Shown piece after piece: positions 41,603 to 51,909 of a stretch of DNA of 64,000 bases. A program made the translations under genes and the position numbers. Source of the stretch: Chitinophaga pinensis (GTDB lineage: Bacteria > Bacteroidota > Bacteroidia > NS11-12g > UBA9320); the NCBI GenBank assembly GCA_945897885.1, contig CAMDGU010000002.1:18307-82306 (forward strand). The letters are read 5' to 3'. Position 1 is the first letter of the stretch. The number at the start of each line of letters is the position of its first letter. The notes beneath the pieces are model-generated. The model was not told where the DNA came from. It worked only from the letters and a program-made list of their open reading frames with translations, and did not search any database.

Positions 41603-41632
41603 AAAAAGCCCTTTATCCATAAAGGGCTTTTT
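41603..41632. terminator. Bidirectional rho-independent terminator (perfect 13-bp stem AAAAAGCCCTTTA / TAAAGGGCTTTTT, 4-nt loop)
   Basis: Read directly. Lies between the convergent sprF-SPOR stop (41586) and the usp stop (41659). Confidence 0.8.
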
Positions 41633-41658
41633 GATTTAAATGATTTAGGTGTCTAGCC

Positions 41659-42558
41659 CTAATAAAATCCGTCAGTACCTTCGTATTTAAAGGCGGTTTC
41701 TTTAGGGTGAATGCACATTACAGGAACTTTACTTACACGGTTTACTATTTGCTGTGCTTCCGATCCAAAAATAAATTCAGAGAATCCTTTTTCTTGCTGT
41801 GTCATTATCAAAATTAAATCAGCTCCAATTTCGTCAGCATACTTTAAAGTATCTACACCCAAGTGGCCCGGGAATCTCTCTTCATCCAATTCAAAAATTA
41901 CAGCTTTAACACCGTTTTGTTCAAGTATATTTTTAACCTGATAAATAGTGGCTCTAATTTTGTTATGTAAAAATTCATCGTCTTCAACTTCGGAAATAAT
42001 GTGAACTTCAGAGTTATATTTTTTGGCAATATGAATAGCCCAGGTAACTTTTTGTTTTGATTCTTTGGTTAAATCTATTGGTAAAACCAATTTTTCATAA
42101 CGGCCTTTCTTTGGAAACTCGTTAACAATAATAACCGGAACATTTGCATAACTCATAACACGGGAAGCGGTACTTCCAATAATCTGATCAATCCCTTCTG
42201 CACCTTTCGTTCCCATAATTATGCTATCACAGCCCACTTTTTCGGCTATTTCAACAATAGCTTTGTACACTTTGCCCGAATGAATTAAATAGCTGATTTT
42301 TAAAGCAGGGTATTTCGCCAGTACTTCGCTTTTCAGTTCGTTCATCTTTAAATCAATGCCGGTTTTGATAAGGTCATTCTTACTTCCACTGCCACCAAAT
42401 AAACTTGAAAGGTAACTTTCCTCTAAAACGTGAACCATCACGATATCATTCCCAAAAATTTGGGCGTGATCGGCAGCATGCAAAAGGGCATTGTGAGAAG
42501 TTTTAGAAAAATCAATTGGAACAATAATAGCTCGGTCGTTAGGAATAATGTTATTCAT
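41659..42558 (-). CDS. Universal stress protein, tandem UspA domains
   Basis: Two USP domains (IIVPIDFSKTSHNALLHA...; VLPIDLTKESKQKVTWAIHIA...). 299 aa. Confidence 0.8.
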   Translation of the reverse strand: MNNIIPNDRAIIVPIDFSKTSHNALLHAADHAQIFGNDIVMVHVLEESYLSSLFGGSGSKNDLIKTGIDLKMNELKSEVLAKYPALKISYLIHSGKVYKAIVEIAEKVGCDSIIMGTKGAEGIDQIIGSTASRVMSYANVPVIIVNEFPKKGRYEKLVLPIDLTKESKQKVTWAIHIAKKYNSEVHIISEVEDDEFLHNKIRATIYQVKNILEQNGVKAVIFELDEERFPGHLGVDTLKYADEIGADLILIMTQQEKGFSEFIFGSEAQQIVNRVSKVPVMCIHPKETAFKYEGTDGFY

Positions 42559-42735
42559 TGTTGTTTTTTAGAAATCGGCTGCAAAGCTAATTTAATTTGA
42601 TTAATGAAATTATAAAAAATCTATAAACTGCCTTTGCTTTTCTATTACCGTTGCATTTAAAGCCGGATCCATAAATTGGTGATGTTGATATTTACTAATA
42701 ATATTTTGTAATCCAATTACCCTCATCCTATAACT

Positions 42736-45033
42736 TTGAAAGTTATAATTTATAGTGCGTTGGAAAATTTTTTGAAGCAACTGAACGACCCCCAAAAACA
42801 AGCGGTTACCGAAACGGAAGGACCAGTAATGATAATAGCCGGAGCGGGTTCGGGCAAAACAAGAGTACTTACTTACCGAATTGCAAACCTCATTCACAAA
42901 GGGGTTGATCCCTTTAATATTATTGCCCTCACATTTACCAATAAGGCGGCCAAGGAAATGCGAAACCGTATTGAAACTGTCGTAGGCCATGAAGCCCGCA
43001 ACCTTTGGATGGGAACCTTTCACAGCATATTTGCCAAAATTTTACGAATTGAAGCCGATAAATTAGGCTATCCTTCCCACTTCACCATTTATGATTCTGA
43101 AGATTCAAAAAGCCTTATAAAAAGCATTTTGAAAGAAATGCAGATTGACGACAAAATCTATAAACCTGGAATGATTTTGGCCCGAATATCCAATGCCAAA
43201 AACAACTTGATTACAGCAGGAATGTATCAAACCGATCAGGAAGTTAACGCTTACGATTCTTCCACAGGAAGGCCAGAATTGGGCAAAATATATAAGGCTT
43301 ATGAAGAACGATGTTTTAAAGCCGGTGCCATGGATTTTGACGACTTACTTCTTAAAACCTACCAATTGCTTACAAAATTTCCGGATGTTTTAAACAAGTA
43401 CCAGCATAAGTTTAAATACATGATGGTGGATGAGTATCAGGATACTAACCATTGCCAGTTTATGATTATTAAAAAACTGGCTGCCGTGCATCAAAATATT
43501 TGTGTGGTAGGTGATGATGCCCAAAGTATTTATTCGTTTCGTGGGGCTACCATCAAAAATATTTTATCGTTTGAAAGTGAATACCCCGACCTTAAAATTT
43601 TTAAACTAGAGCAAAACTATCGCAGCACACAAGTTATTGTTAATGCCTCAGGAGGAATAATTAAAAACAATAAAGACCAGCTCCAAAAAAAGGTATGGAC
43701 CAGTAATGCTACAGGTGATAAAATAAAAGTTTTAAAAGCCATTAACGACAACGAAGAAGGCCGTTTTGTAGCTCAAGCCATTTTTGATGAAAAGATGGAA
43801 AAGCAATTGCCCAATTCGGCTTTTGCTATCCTTTACCGCACCAATGCCCAATCACGAAGTTTTGAAGAAGCTTTGAGAAAACTGAATGTTCCTTATCGAA
43901 TTTTTGGAGGTATGTCGTTTTACCAGCGCAAGGAGATTAAAGATTTTGTAGCCTACCTAAGATTGGTGGTAAACAATAATGACGAGGAAGCTTTAAAACG
44001 AATAATCAATTACCCTGCTCGTGGTATTGGGCAAACCACTATTGACCGTTTAATCTTATATGCCGGGCAAAACGATTTATCGTTTTGGGAAGTGATTCAA
44101 AGGGTAAGAGAATTTCCCGAATTACGGGCTGCGGCTTCCAAAATAAACGACTTTGCCATTATGATTCAAAGTTTTGGGGAATTGCGAAAAACCCATAATG
44201 CTTATGAACTGGCGGCTTATGTGGCCAAAGCTACGGGTTTATTAAAATTTCTGAACGAAGACAAAACCATTGAAGGCATCAGCCGGTATGAAAACATGGT
44301 GGCTTTACTTAATGGTATAAAGGAATTTGTGGAAGACGATACCAATGAATTGGAAAAAACCCTTGAAAATTATTTACAGGATATTGCTCTGCTAACGGAT
44401 GCCGACAAAGACGACCCAAATGCAGATAAGGTAACGCTTATGACCATTCACGGTTCCAAAGGTTTGGAGTTTCCGGTGGTGTTTATAGGGGGAATGGAAG
44501 AAAATTTGTTTCCTTCACAAATGTCGCTAGGCAACCGAAAAGAACTAGAGGAAGAACGACGCTTGTTTTATGTGGCTCTTACCCGTGCCGAAAAGAAAAT
44601 ATATTTAAGTTATGCTACATCACGGTTCAAATTTGGAACCTTGCTGCCATGCGAACCCAGCCGATTTTTGGATGAAATAGACAAAGAATTTTTGGATATC
44701 GACCGACGCTTTGCCACGGCTTCTCCCCTATCCGGTGGTAGCCGAAGTGATGATACCAAATCACAAACCAACGCATGGATGAAAACTGCGGCTAATAAAC
44801 CGGGTGTGTTTACCAAACCCGCCCTTAAGCCGTTGCCACAAGCCACTGAAAATTTTATACCCGATGATACCTCCGGACTGAAAGAAGGGATGAATGTTGA
44901 GCATCAGCGATTTGGCAAAGGGGTTGTTACCAAAATGGAAGGGGTTGGGGATTCTCGCAAAGCTTCTGTTTTGTTTAACGAATATGGCGAGAAACAATTG
45001 GTGTTGAAATTTGCGAAGTTGCGATTGGCATAG
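42736..45033 (+). CDS. uvrD: ATP-dependent DNA helicase, UvrD/PcrA/Rep superfamily 1
   Basis: LNDPQKQAV...GPVMIIAGAGSGKTRVLTYRIANLI (motif I), DEYQDTN (motif II), and later helicase motifs. TTG start; exact start (42736 or an internal TTG at about 42760) is uncertain. Confidence 0.85.
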   Translation: MKVIIYSALENFLKQLNDPQKQAVTETEGPVMIIAGAGSGKTRVLTYRIANLIHKGVDPFNIIALTFTNKAAKEMRNRIETVVGHEARNLWMGTFHSIFAKILRIEADKLGYPSHFTIYDSEDSKSLIKSILKEMQIDDKIYKPGMILARISNAKNNLITAGMYQTDQEVNAYDSSTGRPELGKIYKAYEERCFKAGAMDFDDLLLKTYQLLTKFPDVLNKYQHKFKYMMVDEYQDTNHCQFMIIKKLAAVHQNICVVGDDAQSIYSFRGATIKNILSFESEYPDLKIFKLEQNYRSTQVIVNASGGIIKNNKDQLQKKVWTSNATGDKIKVLKAINDNEEGRFVAQAIFDEKMEKQLPNSAFAILYRTNAQSRSFEEALRKLNVPYRIFGGMSFYQRKEIKDFVAYLRLVVNNNDEEALKRIINYPARGIGQTTIDRLILYAGQNDLSFWEVIQRVREFPELRAAASKINDFAIMIQSFGELRKTHNAYELAAYVAKATGLLKFLNEDKTIEGISRYENMVALLNGIKEFVEDDTNELEKTLENYLQDIALLTDADKDDPNADKVTLMTIHGSKGLEFPVVFIGGMEENLFPSQMSLGNRKELEEERRLFYVALTRAEKKIYLSYATSRFKFGTLLPCEPSRFLDEIDKEFLDIDRRFATASPLSGGSRSDDTKSQTNAWMKTAANKPGVFTKPALKPLPQATENFIPDDTSGLKEGMNVEHQRFGKGVVTKMEGVGDSRKASVLFNEYGEKQLVLKFAKLRLA

Positions 45034-46100
45034 GGACTGTTAAAAAGCCTTACAAAAATGAACCAATAGGGTTCTGAGGCTTTTAGAAAAAAAATCAATA
45101 AGATTTACGACCCCTCATGGGGAGAGGTTGAATCTAATTGACCTTCAAAATTTATTTTACTGTTACCAATAATTCTTGAATCTGATAAAGGATATATTGC
45201 ATTCCTTTACTCCTATTGCTCTTTAAGAAATGGATGGTATGAAATTAATGAACAGAACGGACCGAAAGTTTTGTTTTCATATTTCAAAATTACCTGCCAT
45301 TTTAAGTCAAATACACCCCTATTTTAAGATATTGAAGTGGAGCAAATTAAAATGCATTTAAATGGCAAGTTAAACCGTTACTAAGAGCATCATAGAAATT
45401 ATTTAGAAAGTAACCTTGGTTTATTTGAAGTAAAATCTAGGAATAACAAGGGCCGGTCCATAAAAAAGCAAAGCAAACAGATAAGAAGTACCCAATGAAA
45501 TTGATGAAACGATTGACACATTTATACAATCTAAATCAACGTTAAATTCGCAATCCTTAATTCCGGCAATTTGAGTAAAATATAACCGAATAACGCTTGT
45601 AAGCGGATTAAGTTCTGAGCGACTAACCATTGAATTGAACTCAGAATTTACAAGAAAAGACACCCATTTTTGTTACAAAAAACTGGTGATAGCCGAAGTA
45701 AAACAAGACAAAAAACAAAACTCTCTTTTTTAAAATACCATCAAAGTAAACAATACCCGCTAAGGCTCCGTAAGCAAATATGCTATGAAAATAGCTATGA
45801 CCTATGACGTGAAACAAAAAAAATTTAAAGAAAAATTAAAACCAATATAGCCATTGATAGCCACCATACTTTTACAAGCCATTGAGTAAGTACCTATTGA
45901 TTTAGTAATGATGGCTCTCCAGAAACTATTAGCAAAAATAGGTTTCCGTTTTGTTGTTCTTTCTGACTTGATTTTTTTGTCACTTTTTTTCTCAAGAAAA
46001 AAAGTGAGACCTAAAGATTCCAACAGACAAGTCCATATTAAAGATTGGATTAATTATTTATAAAAAACATAAGATAGTTTTTACTTGAGGCAGAAACAGT

Positions 46101-48521
46101 TTACAATTTCAAAACCTTATAGTTGTAAACCGCTTGGCCAATGGTCAATTTCATTACATAAACTCCTTTGGTTAAATGCGAAATATTGGTACTTGATGTT
46201 TCAGAAATGGCAGTAGCATACACCATTTTACCCTCAAAATTATAAAGATAAAACGTAGCATCAACTGCCTCTTTAGCGTTGCCAATTGTAATATTTAAAT
46301 TGGTTTCCACCGGATTATTAAAATGTATTTCATAAGGCTTAACCCCTTGTTTTGCAATACTTCCGGTAGGTACATACTCCTTAAACTGAGATTTAAAAAT
46401 TCCCCGCCCATGAGTAAATATATAAATAACCCCGTTTTTTGGGTGCGATACAATTTTGTAAATAGGAACATTAGGTACGGCCTCCTCTTTAGACCAAGTA
46501 GTTCCTCCATCAGCCGTGGTATACAATCCAAAATCGGTACCGGCTATAATTTGGTTACTATCCTGCGGATTTACTTCAATGCAATTAACAGGTAATGAAG
46601 CCGGCAAATTTCCGCTAATATTTATCCAAGTTGGCGCAGTGCTTTCCGCATTATTCAATTTCCATATACGTGGTTTTGTATTTATATCCGACATGGAAAT
46701 ATACACCGTGTTAGGATTGGTATGGCTCACTTTAATGCTGTTAATAACCGAGCCTTTGGCCAATGTTGGTGCCGTGCTTGTTAAATCAACTTCGCTTAAA
46801 GTAGCAGTGGATGCTTTAGTACAGCGGTATAAGGTTGTTCCTGAGCCACCAAAATATACCGTGGGATTGGTTTGATAACTTAATCCCATGGATATTACAT
46901 CTTTATTAAGTGACTTTGTAAGTTCAGTCCAATTGTTTCCGGCCGTGGTAGAAACTAGTATTCTTCTTTTTGATAAAACGTATACCTGATTTCCATCCAA
47001 AGGATTTACATCAAACGAATTTATAAACCAATAGCTGTAAGAGCCTATTGGTTTAATATTGGTTTCGCCTGTAAAATATTGATTTAAGCGACGTATTTCA
47101 CCATTTTGATACGAGACATAAGTATAATAAGGCGGTGAAGATGAAAAAGCGCAATAGGATCCATCGCCGCCAAAAACCTTTTTAAATCCCCAAACACTAA
47201 GGGCGTGGGTTCCATTATCCTGCGAACCGGCTAAACAATCGCTTGTATTTAACGGATTGTAATTTCCTGTGTAAAATTGAGTAATGTTTAATCCATTATT
47301 TAAAGCTGAATTACTTGTAAGTGCGGTTTTACTATTAAACCGATACACTCCGCCATCATTACCAATTAACAAATTACGCCCGGATGGATAAAACATACTG
47401 GTATGAAAATCGGCATGACTTTCGGCCAGTTCATTCCATGAGGCTCCCCCATTTATCGATTGCATTGCTTTTACCGAAATAGCGATCACATAATTGGTAT
47501 CAATAGAACTTACATTGGTATTTAAACAATACCAACCCCAGCTATAAACTGTGCTGGATGGAGAAGTTAACTTTTTCCAGGTAACTCCGTGGTTAGAAGT
47601 TTTATAAATTCCAACTAAAGCATTCCCACTTGTATTTAGTACTTGGCAAAATGCCACATTAGGAAACCTTTCCGAATAGTTCATACTTATTCTTCCAATT
47701 CCTGATGATGGAAGGGTATTGGTAAATCTGGTAAATTTCATGATACTGTCTTCCGAAGCAGTTATTAAACCATATCCTTCTAACCCAAACCATATAGTGG
47801 AATCTTTGTAGGTTAAAATTTCATGCACCGATTTAGAAGAATTATAAACCGCTTTAAATGTTAGTCCATTATCAATGGTTCGGTATAGTCCGCCATTACC
47901 CGTACCTAAATAAAATGTGGAACTATCTGTTTTTGAATATTCAATATCCCAAATAGACGCAAATGGAGCTAAGGTGGCGGTAGAAGGCAACTGTGTGAAT
48001 GTTTTTCCGCCATCTACGGATTTAAAAACCCCTGCACCATCCAACCCAATATTATTATTCATTATTTCTCCTGTGCCATAATATATTTCTTTAGGATTAA
48101 ATGGATTTTGTGTGATACAAGTTACAGCCATTGAAAGGTTTTGTTCATTTACCGGAGTCCAGTTTTGCCCACCATTAGTTGAAACCCACAATCCACCTGA
48201 TACACCGCCGGCAAATAAATGCAAACTATCTGATGCATCAATTAGTAAAGCTCTTACCCTACCGGCCACATTATTGGGCCCCATCTCTGTAACAAAACTT
48301 AAAATACCGGATGATTTCTTATTCAACTTATCAAATTTGTTCCAGCTATTGCGAAGGCCATAATAGTTTACCCCTTCGGTTAAATTTTTCATGGTACTGT
48401 ATTGTTCCTGCCACCCGGGCTGCTGAACTGATTTTTGTGGTTTGGGTGCTCTGAAATTTAAAAGAATGATGCTTATACCTATAAAGCTAAGCAGAAAAAT
48501 AGCCTGTTGTGTTACCCTCAT
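46101..48521 (-). CDS. T9SS cargo protein with BNR/Asp-box beta-propeller repeats (sialidase/xyloglucanase-like fold) and a type-A C-terminal sorting domain
   Basis: At least six Asp-box motifs (STNGGQNW, SVDGGKTF, TIDNGLTF, SINGGASW, TTAGNNWTE, TADGGTTWS). C-terminus ...ISHLTKGVYVMKLTIGQAVYNYKVLKL is a type-A CTD. Start re-placed at ATG 48521 (MRVTQQAIFLLSFIGISIILLNF). Confidence 0.8.
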   Translation of the reverse strand: MRVTQQAIFLLSFIGISIILLNFRAPKPQKSVQQPGWQEQYSTMKNLTEGVNYYGLRNSWNKFDKLNKKSSGILSFVTEMGPNNVAGRVRALLIDASDSLHLFAGGVSGGLWVSTNGGQNWTPVNEQNLSMAVTCITQNPFNPKEIYYGTGEIMNNNIGLDGAGVFKSVDGGKTFTQLPSTATLAPFASIWDIEYSKTDSSTFYLGTGNGGLYRTIDNGLTFKAVYNSSKSVHEILTYKDSTIWFGLEGYGLITASEDSIMKFTRFTNTLPSSGIGRISMNYSERFPNVAFCQVLNTSGNALVGIYKTSNHGVTWKKLTSPSSTVYSWGWYCLNTNVSSIDTNYVIAISVKAMQSINGGASWNELAESHADFHTSMFYPSGRNLLIGNDGGVYRFNSKTALTSNSALNNGLNITQFYTGNYNPLNTSDCLAGSQDNGTHALSVWGFKKVFGGDGSYCAFSSSPPYYTYVSYQNGEIRRLNQYFTGETNIKPIGSYSYWFINSFDVNPLDGNQVYVLSKRRILVSTTAGNNWTELTKSLNKDVISMGLSYQTNPTVYFGGSGTTLYRCTKASTATLSEVDLTSTAPTLAKGSVINSIKVSHTNPNTVYISMSDINTKPRIWKLNNAESTAPTWINISGNLPASLPVNCIEVNPQDSNQIIAGTDFGLYTTADGGTTWSKEEAVPNVPIYKIVSHPKNGVIYIFTHGRGIFKSQFKEYVPTGSIAKQGVKPYEIHFNNPVETNLNITIGNAKEAVDATFYLYNFEGKMVYATAISETSSTNISHLTKGVYVMKLTIGQAVYNYKVLKL

Positions 48522-48638
48522 TTGTTTTGCGAAGATAAAAAATAAACAGCAAACTCTTACTTCAATAAACGAATGCCTGTTTTGAATTAACAAAAAATGG
48601 CTTCGGAATGAGAATCAAAAGACAAAATAAATGTGATT

Positions 48639-51410
48639 TTATTGGAGCACCACTACCCTAATATTATACCATTGATTTTGGCTTTTAATTAATATAAAAT
48701 AAGTTCCCATTCCATATTCACTCAAGTCAATACGGGTGTTGGATGGATTTGAATTGTGATAAATAAGTTCTTTACCTAATAAATCAACTACTCGTATTTC
48801 AGCTTGTGCAGGTAATCCTTTAATAGTAAATATACCCGAAGCTGAAGGATTTGGATAGACACTTACATCCTTAAAAATTGGATTAGAAATGCCTACTTTG
48901 GCAAATTGAAACGAATCGGAAGTTGCACTGCAATTAGAATCATTGGTAACTTTTACAAAATAAAAACCATCTTTTGGTGGATTAAAATCCTGTTGATTAG
49001 CACCCGTTATCGGCCCATTTTTATCCAACCACTGATTACCCGCGGCTGAACTTGAACTTAGAATATTTTTATTAACGCTTATACCCGGCTTTACTGGTGA
49101 GGCATTAACTCTCAAAGTAGCCGAAACCGAATCGCGGCAACCAAAATAGTTTACCACCCGGTATTCTATTTTATAAACCCCTTTGCCTTTTGCAGAAGGA
49201 CTAAATTTAGAACTTTGCACATTGTTAACCCAATAGGTTCCGCTATCAGCCGGTTGCCCTCCCGTTAAAGTTATATCCGCAGTATTATCACACAAACTAG
49301 ATAATTTTGAAAACGATACTTTAGGTGCCTCTGATATATAGATTCTTGCGGAATCTTTAACATCGCACAAATGCGCATCTGTTATTGAATAATATACCCA
49401 CTGCCACCCTTTAGAAGCAAAAAGAGGATAAAAATTTTGACCAACTACGGCACTTCCTTTTAACACACCTCCTGCTGGATAAGTGTTAATGGCAATTGGC
49501 TCGTCAAAATTACAAGCCTTATCTTTTAAGGTTATAGAAATGCTGTCGGGTTTATAAATATTGATATTAAAATTGGCCTTGCTAACACAGGTATTGGCTT
49601 TGGTCATCAAATAGGTAATCTTGTGAGAACCTTCGCCGGCTGTAATGGGATTAAAGGTTGTTGAAGACACCCCTTTTCCGGAATACTTGCCACCTGTTGG
49701 GGTAATATTATTTAAAGTGAAGGAGTTAGCACCCGTGCATATAGATGATATTGGGGTAACCGTAAGTTTAGCTGTATCCAAAATTTTTGCGGTAATAGAT
49801 GCCCGGTTTATACAGCTATTCGTATCCACATAATTATAAAATATAGCAAAATTACCTGCTCCTAAATTTTTAGGATGAAAATAACCGTTTGAAGTTACCC
49901 CTTTACCTGTAAAATATCCTCCCGATGGGGTTCCCTGACTTAATTTAATACTATCACTGTTTTCACAAGTTGTTATACTAGAATTCCAGGTAACAGAGGT
50001 GCTTCTGCTGTTCACTGCCATTTGCGAACTTGTAAAACTGCATGAGGTACCTTTTCTGGTAAGTTTTACTTTATAATTTCCTACTGAGCTGGCCCACATT
50101 GTCCTTTTGGTTTTTCCTGCTAAAATGCCACCATTTTTGTACCACACATAAGTAAAAGAATCATTTCCCTGAGCTGTAATTAACAAACTATCTCCTCCGC
50201 AAAACCAGTCTTTATTGAAAGCTGTTATTAAAAGTTTTGTACTATCTGTTTGAAATAAATTCATTACAAATTCATTTTTAGTTTGTTTTTTGATAACCAA
50301 GCTATCCCCTATATCATAAAATTTTGAAGGGGTATAATTCCATGTTCCTCCATTTCCTAAAGGCTTCGCAAGCATATCCACTCCACATTTTTTTGCACCT
50401 TTGGTCTTGGCCAAATTTGTAAAATTATAATTTATATCAAATCCAACAGCAGAATTATCAGAATAATACACCGTGAAATAATGCGAGGAATCAAACGTTC
50501 CAGCCACATTTTTTCCATAAAAACTTGGGTTATAATCGTAATTTACAATGGCATGCAACGTGCTTGGAGCTCCGTTAATATTATTTACATTAAATACATC
50601 ATGATATTTTGTTTTAAGCGATAATTTATTTGCACCATAAACATAAACGCTACTATCACCCAAGGCGGCTCCCGACGAAACCCAGCGAGGACTGTTGTTT
50701 AATGCAGCTGTATTAGCATTTGATGATTTATCAGATGCATTTATCCCTGTTCCTTCATCCAGCTTATAGTAAGCTCCTAAGTTACCATAATTAGGATGCA
50801 GGGTTGTTACTTTTCGGCACATCCAATCTCTGATTGTAGTTTTGGTTAAGGCGGCGTTCCAAACTCTTACTTCATCTATTTGTCCTTTAAACAAACGACT
50901 TCCACCTGTGGTATAAGCCAAATCACCAATTTTTGCTGCCAAACCTGTTGAAGGACTTATTGACCCTGAATAAGGAACTGAGGCCTCTAGATTTCCATTA
51001 ATATATACCGAAACACTATCCCCGTTAAAAGTTCCTGCTACATGATACCACATACCAGTTTTCATTACAGATGCGGAAACAGCCTCAACCCATACTCCTG
51101 AAGAATTTGCAATATTGAAATTAACTTTGCCATTATCACCACACCTTAGCACATAGCCTTTATTGCCACTAGCCCAACCATGCTTACATAAAATACTATT
51201 TCCAAAATTTGTAGTACTAAATGCATCTGCTTTAATCCATGCCTCAACCGTTATCTTGGTCGTTGGGTTTATTGCTGTAATGTCTGGAATTGAAATAAAA
51301 TCATCTAGACCGTCAAACTCTACAGCCGTTAATGAGCCTGGTTTTTGAGAGAAAGAAATAAAAGTGAGATAAAAAAAGAAAAAGGAAATAGCACCTATTT
51401 TTTTAAGCAT
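48639..51410 (-). CDS. T9SS cargo protein: N-terminal LamG-like (concanavalin A-like lectin/glucanase) domain, several Ig/PKD-like domains, type-A C-terminal sorting domain
   Basis: LamG-like block ...KITVEAWIKADAF...YVLRCGDNGKVNFNI...WYHVAGTFNGDSVSVYINGNL...GQIDEVRVWNAAL. C-terminus VSVYPNPSASGIFTIKGL...YFILIKSQNQWYNIRVVVLQ. Confidence 0.8.
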   Translation of the reverse strand: MLKKIGAISFFFFYLTFISFSQKPGSLTAVEFDGLDDFISIPDITAINPTTKITVEAWIKADAFSTTNFGNSILCKHGWASGNKGYVLRCGDNGKVNFNIANSSGVWVEAVSASVMKTGMWYHVAGTFNGDSVSVYINGNLEASVPYSGSISPSTGLAAKIGDLAYTTGGSRLFKGQIDEVRVWNAALTKTTIRDWMCRKVTTLHPNYGNLGAYYKLDEGTGINASDKSSNANTAALNNSPRWVSSGAALGDSSVYVYGANKLSLKTKYHDVFNVNNINGAPSTLHAIVNYDYNPSFYGKNVAGTFDSSHYFTVYYSDNSAVGFDINYNFTNLAKTKGAKKCGVDMLAKPLGNGGTWNYTPSKFYDIGDSLVIKKQTKNEFVMNLFQTDSTKLLITAFNKDWFCGGDSLLITAQGNDSFTYVWYKNGGILAGKTKRTMWASSVGNYKVKLTRKGTSCSFTSSQMAVNSRSTSVTWNSSITTCENSDSIKLSQGTPSGGYFTGKGVTSNGYFHPKNLGAGNFAIFYNYVDTNSCINRASITAKILDTAKLTVTPISSICTGANSFTLNNITPTGGKYSGKGVSSTTFNPITAGEGSHKITYLMTKANTCVSKANFNINIYKPDSISITLKDKACNFDEPIAINTYPAGGVLKGSAVVGQNFYPLFASKGWQWVYYSITDAHLCDVKDSARIYISEAPKVSFSKLSSLCDNTADITLTGGQPADSGTYWVNNVQSSKFSPSAKGKGVYKIEYRVVNYFGCRDSVSATLRVNASPVKPGISVNKNILSSSSAAGNQWLDKNGPITGANQQDFNPPKDGFYFVKVTNDSNCSATSDSFQFAKVGISNPIFKDVSVYPNPSASGIFTIKGLPAQAEIRVVDLLGKELIYHNSNPSNTRIDLSEYGMGTYFILIKSQNQWYNIRVVVLQ

Positions 51411-51450
51411 AATCAGATAAAGTTATATAAATAAACAAATCTATAATAAA

Positions 51451-51909
51451 TTATTCATAACGCTCTAATTCCCGTTTTATATCTTTCGATTTTAGGTCTT
51501 CTCGTTTATCAAAGGTTTTCTTTCCTTTGGCCAATGCAATCTGAATTTTGGCATAACCACTTTCAGAAAAGAATAACTCAACAGGAATAAGGGTGTATCC
51601 TTTATCCTTAAGCTTGTCTGTAATTTTTTTAATTTCTTGTTTTCCAAGTAAAAGCACTCTATTATTAAGTGGAATGTGCTGCATGAATCCGGCATTCTTA
51701 AATTCAGATATGTGCATATTTTTGATAACAACCTTACCATTATCCAGTATACCGTAAGCATCACTGATATTAGCATGCCCTGCTCGTATAGATTTCACTT
51801 CGGTTCCTTTGAGAATAATACCTGCAATAAATTTTGCTTCAAGATGAAACTCAAAAGCTGCTTTTTTATTCTTTATTGAAATTGTTTTTGGTTTATTATC
51901 CTTCGCCAC
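51451..51909 (-). CDS. smpB: SsrA-binding protein SmpB
   Basis: Full-length similarity to the SmpB pattern (KTISIKNKKAAFEFHLEAKFIAGIILKGTEVKSIR...). GTG start. Overlaps the upstream thioesterase gene by 14 nt. Confidence 0.9.
   Translation of the reverse strand: MAKDNKPKTISIKNKKAAFEFHLEAKFIAGIILKGTEVKSIRAGHANISDAYGILDNGKVVIKNMHISEFKNAGFMQHIPLNNRVLLLGKQEIKKITDKLKDKGYTLIPVELFFSESGYAKIQIALAKGKKTFDKREDLKSKDIKRELERYE

Noticed and set aside
42610-43023. 137-aa minus-strand ORF overlapping the uvrD 5' end
   Set aside because: It is antisense to conserved helicase motif I and has no recognisable features.
45041-45095. Hairpin AAAAGCCT...AGGCTTTT + A-run after the uvrD stop as an intrinsic terminator
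   Set aside because: The 8-bp stem has a 26-nt loop and is followed by an A-run rather than a T-run on the coding strand, so it is a weak terminator candidate. It is mentioned only as part of the ORF-free region.
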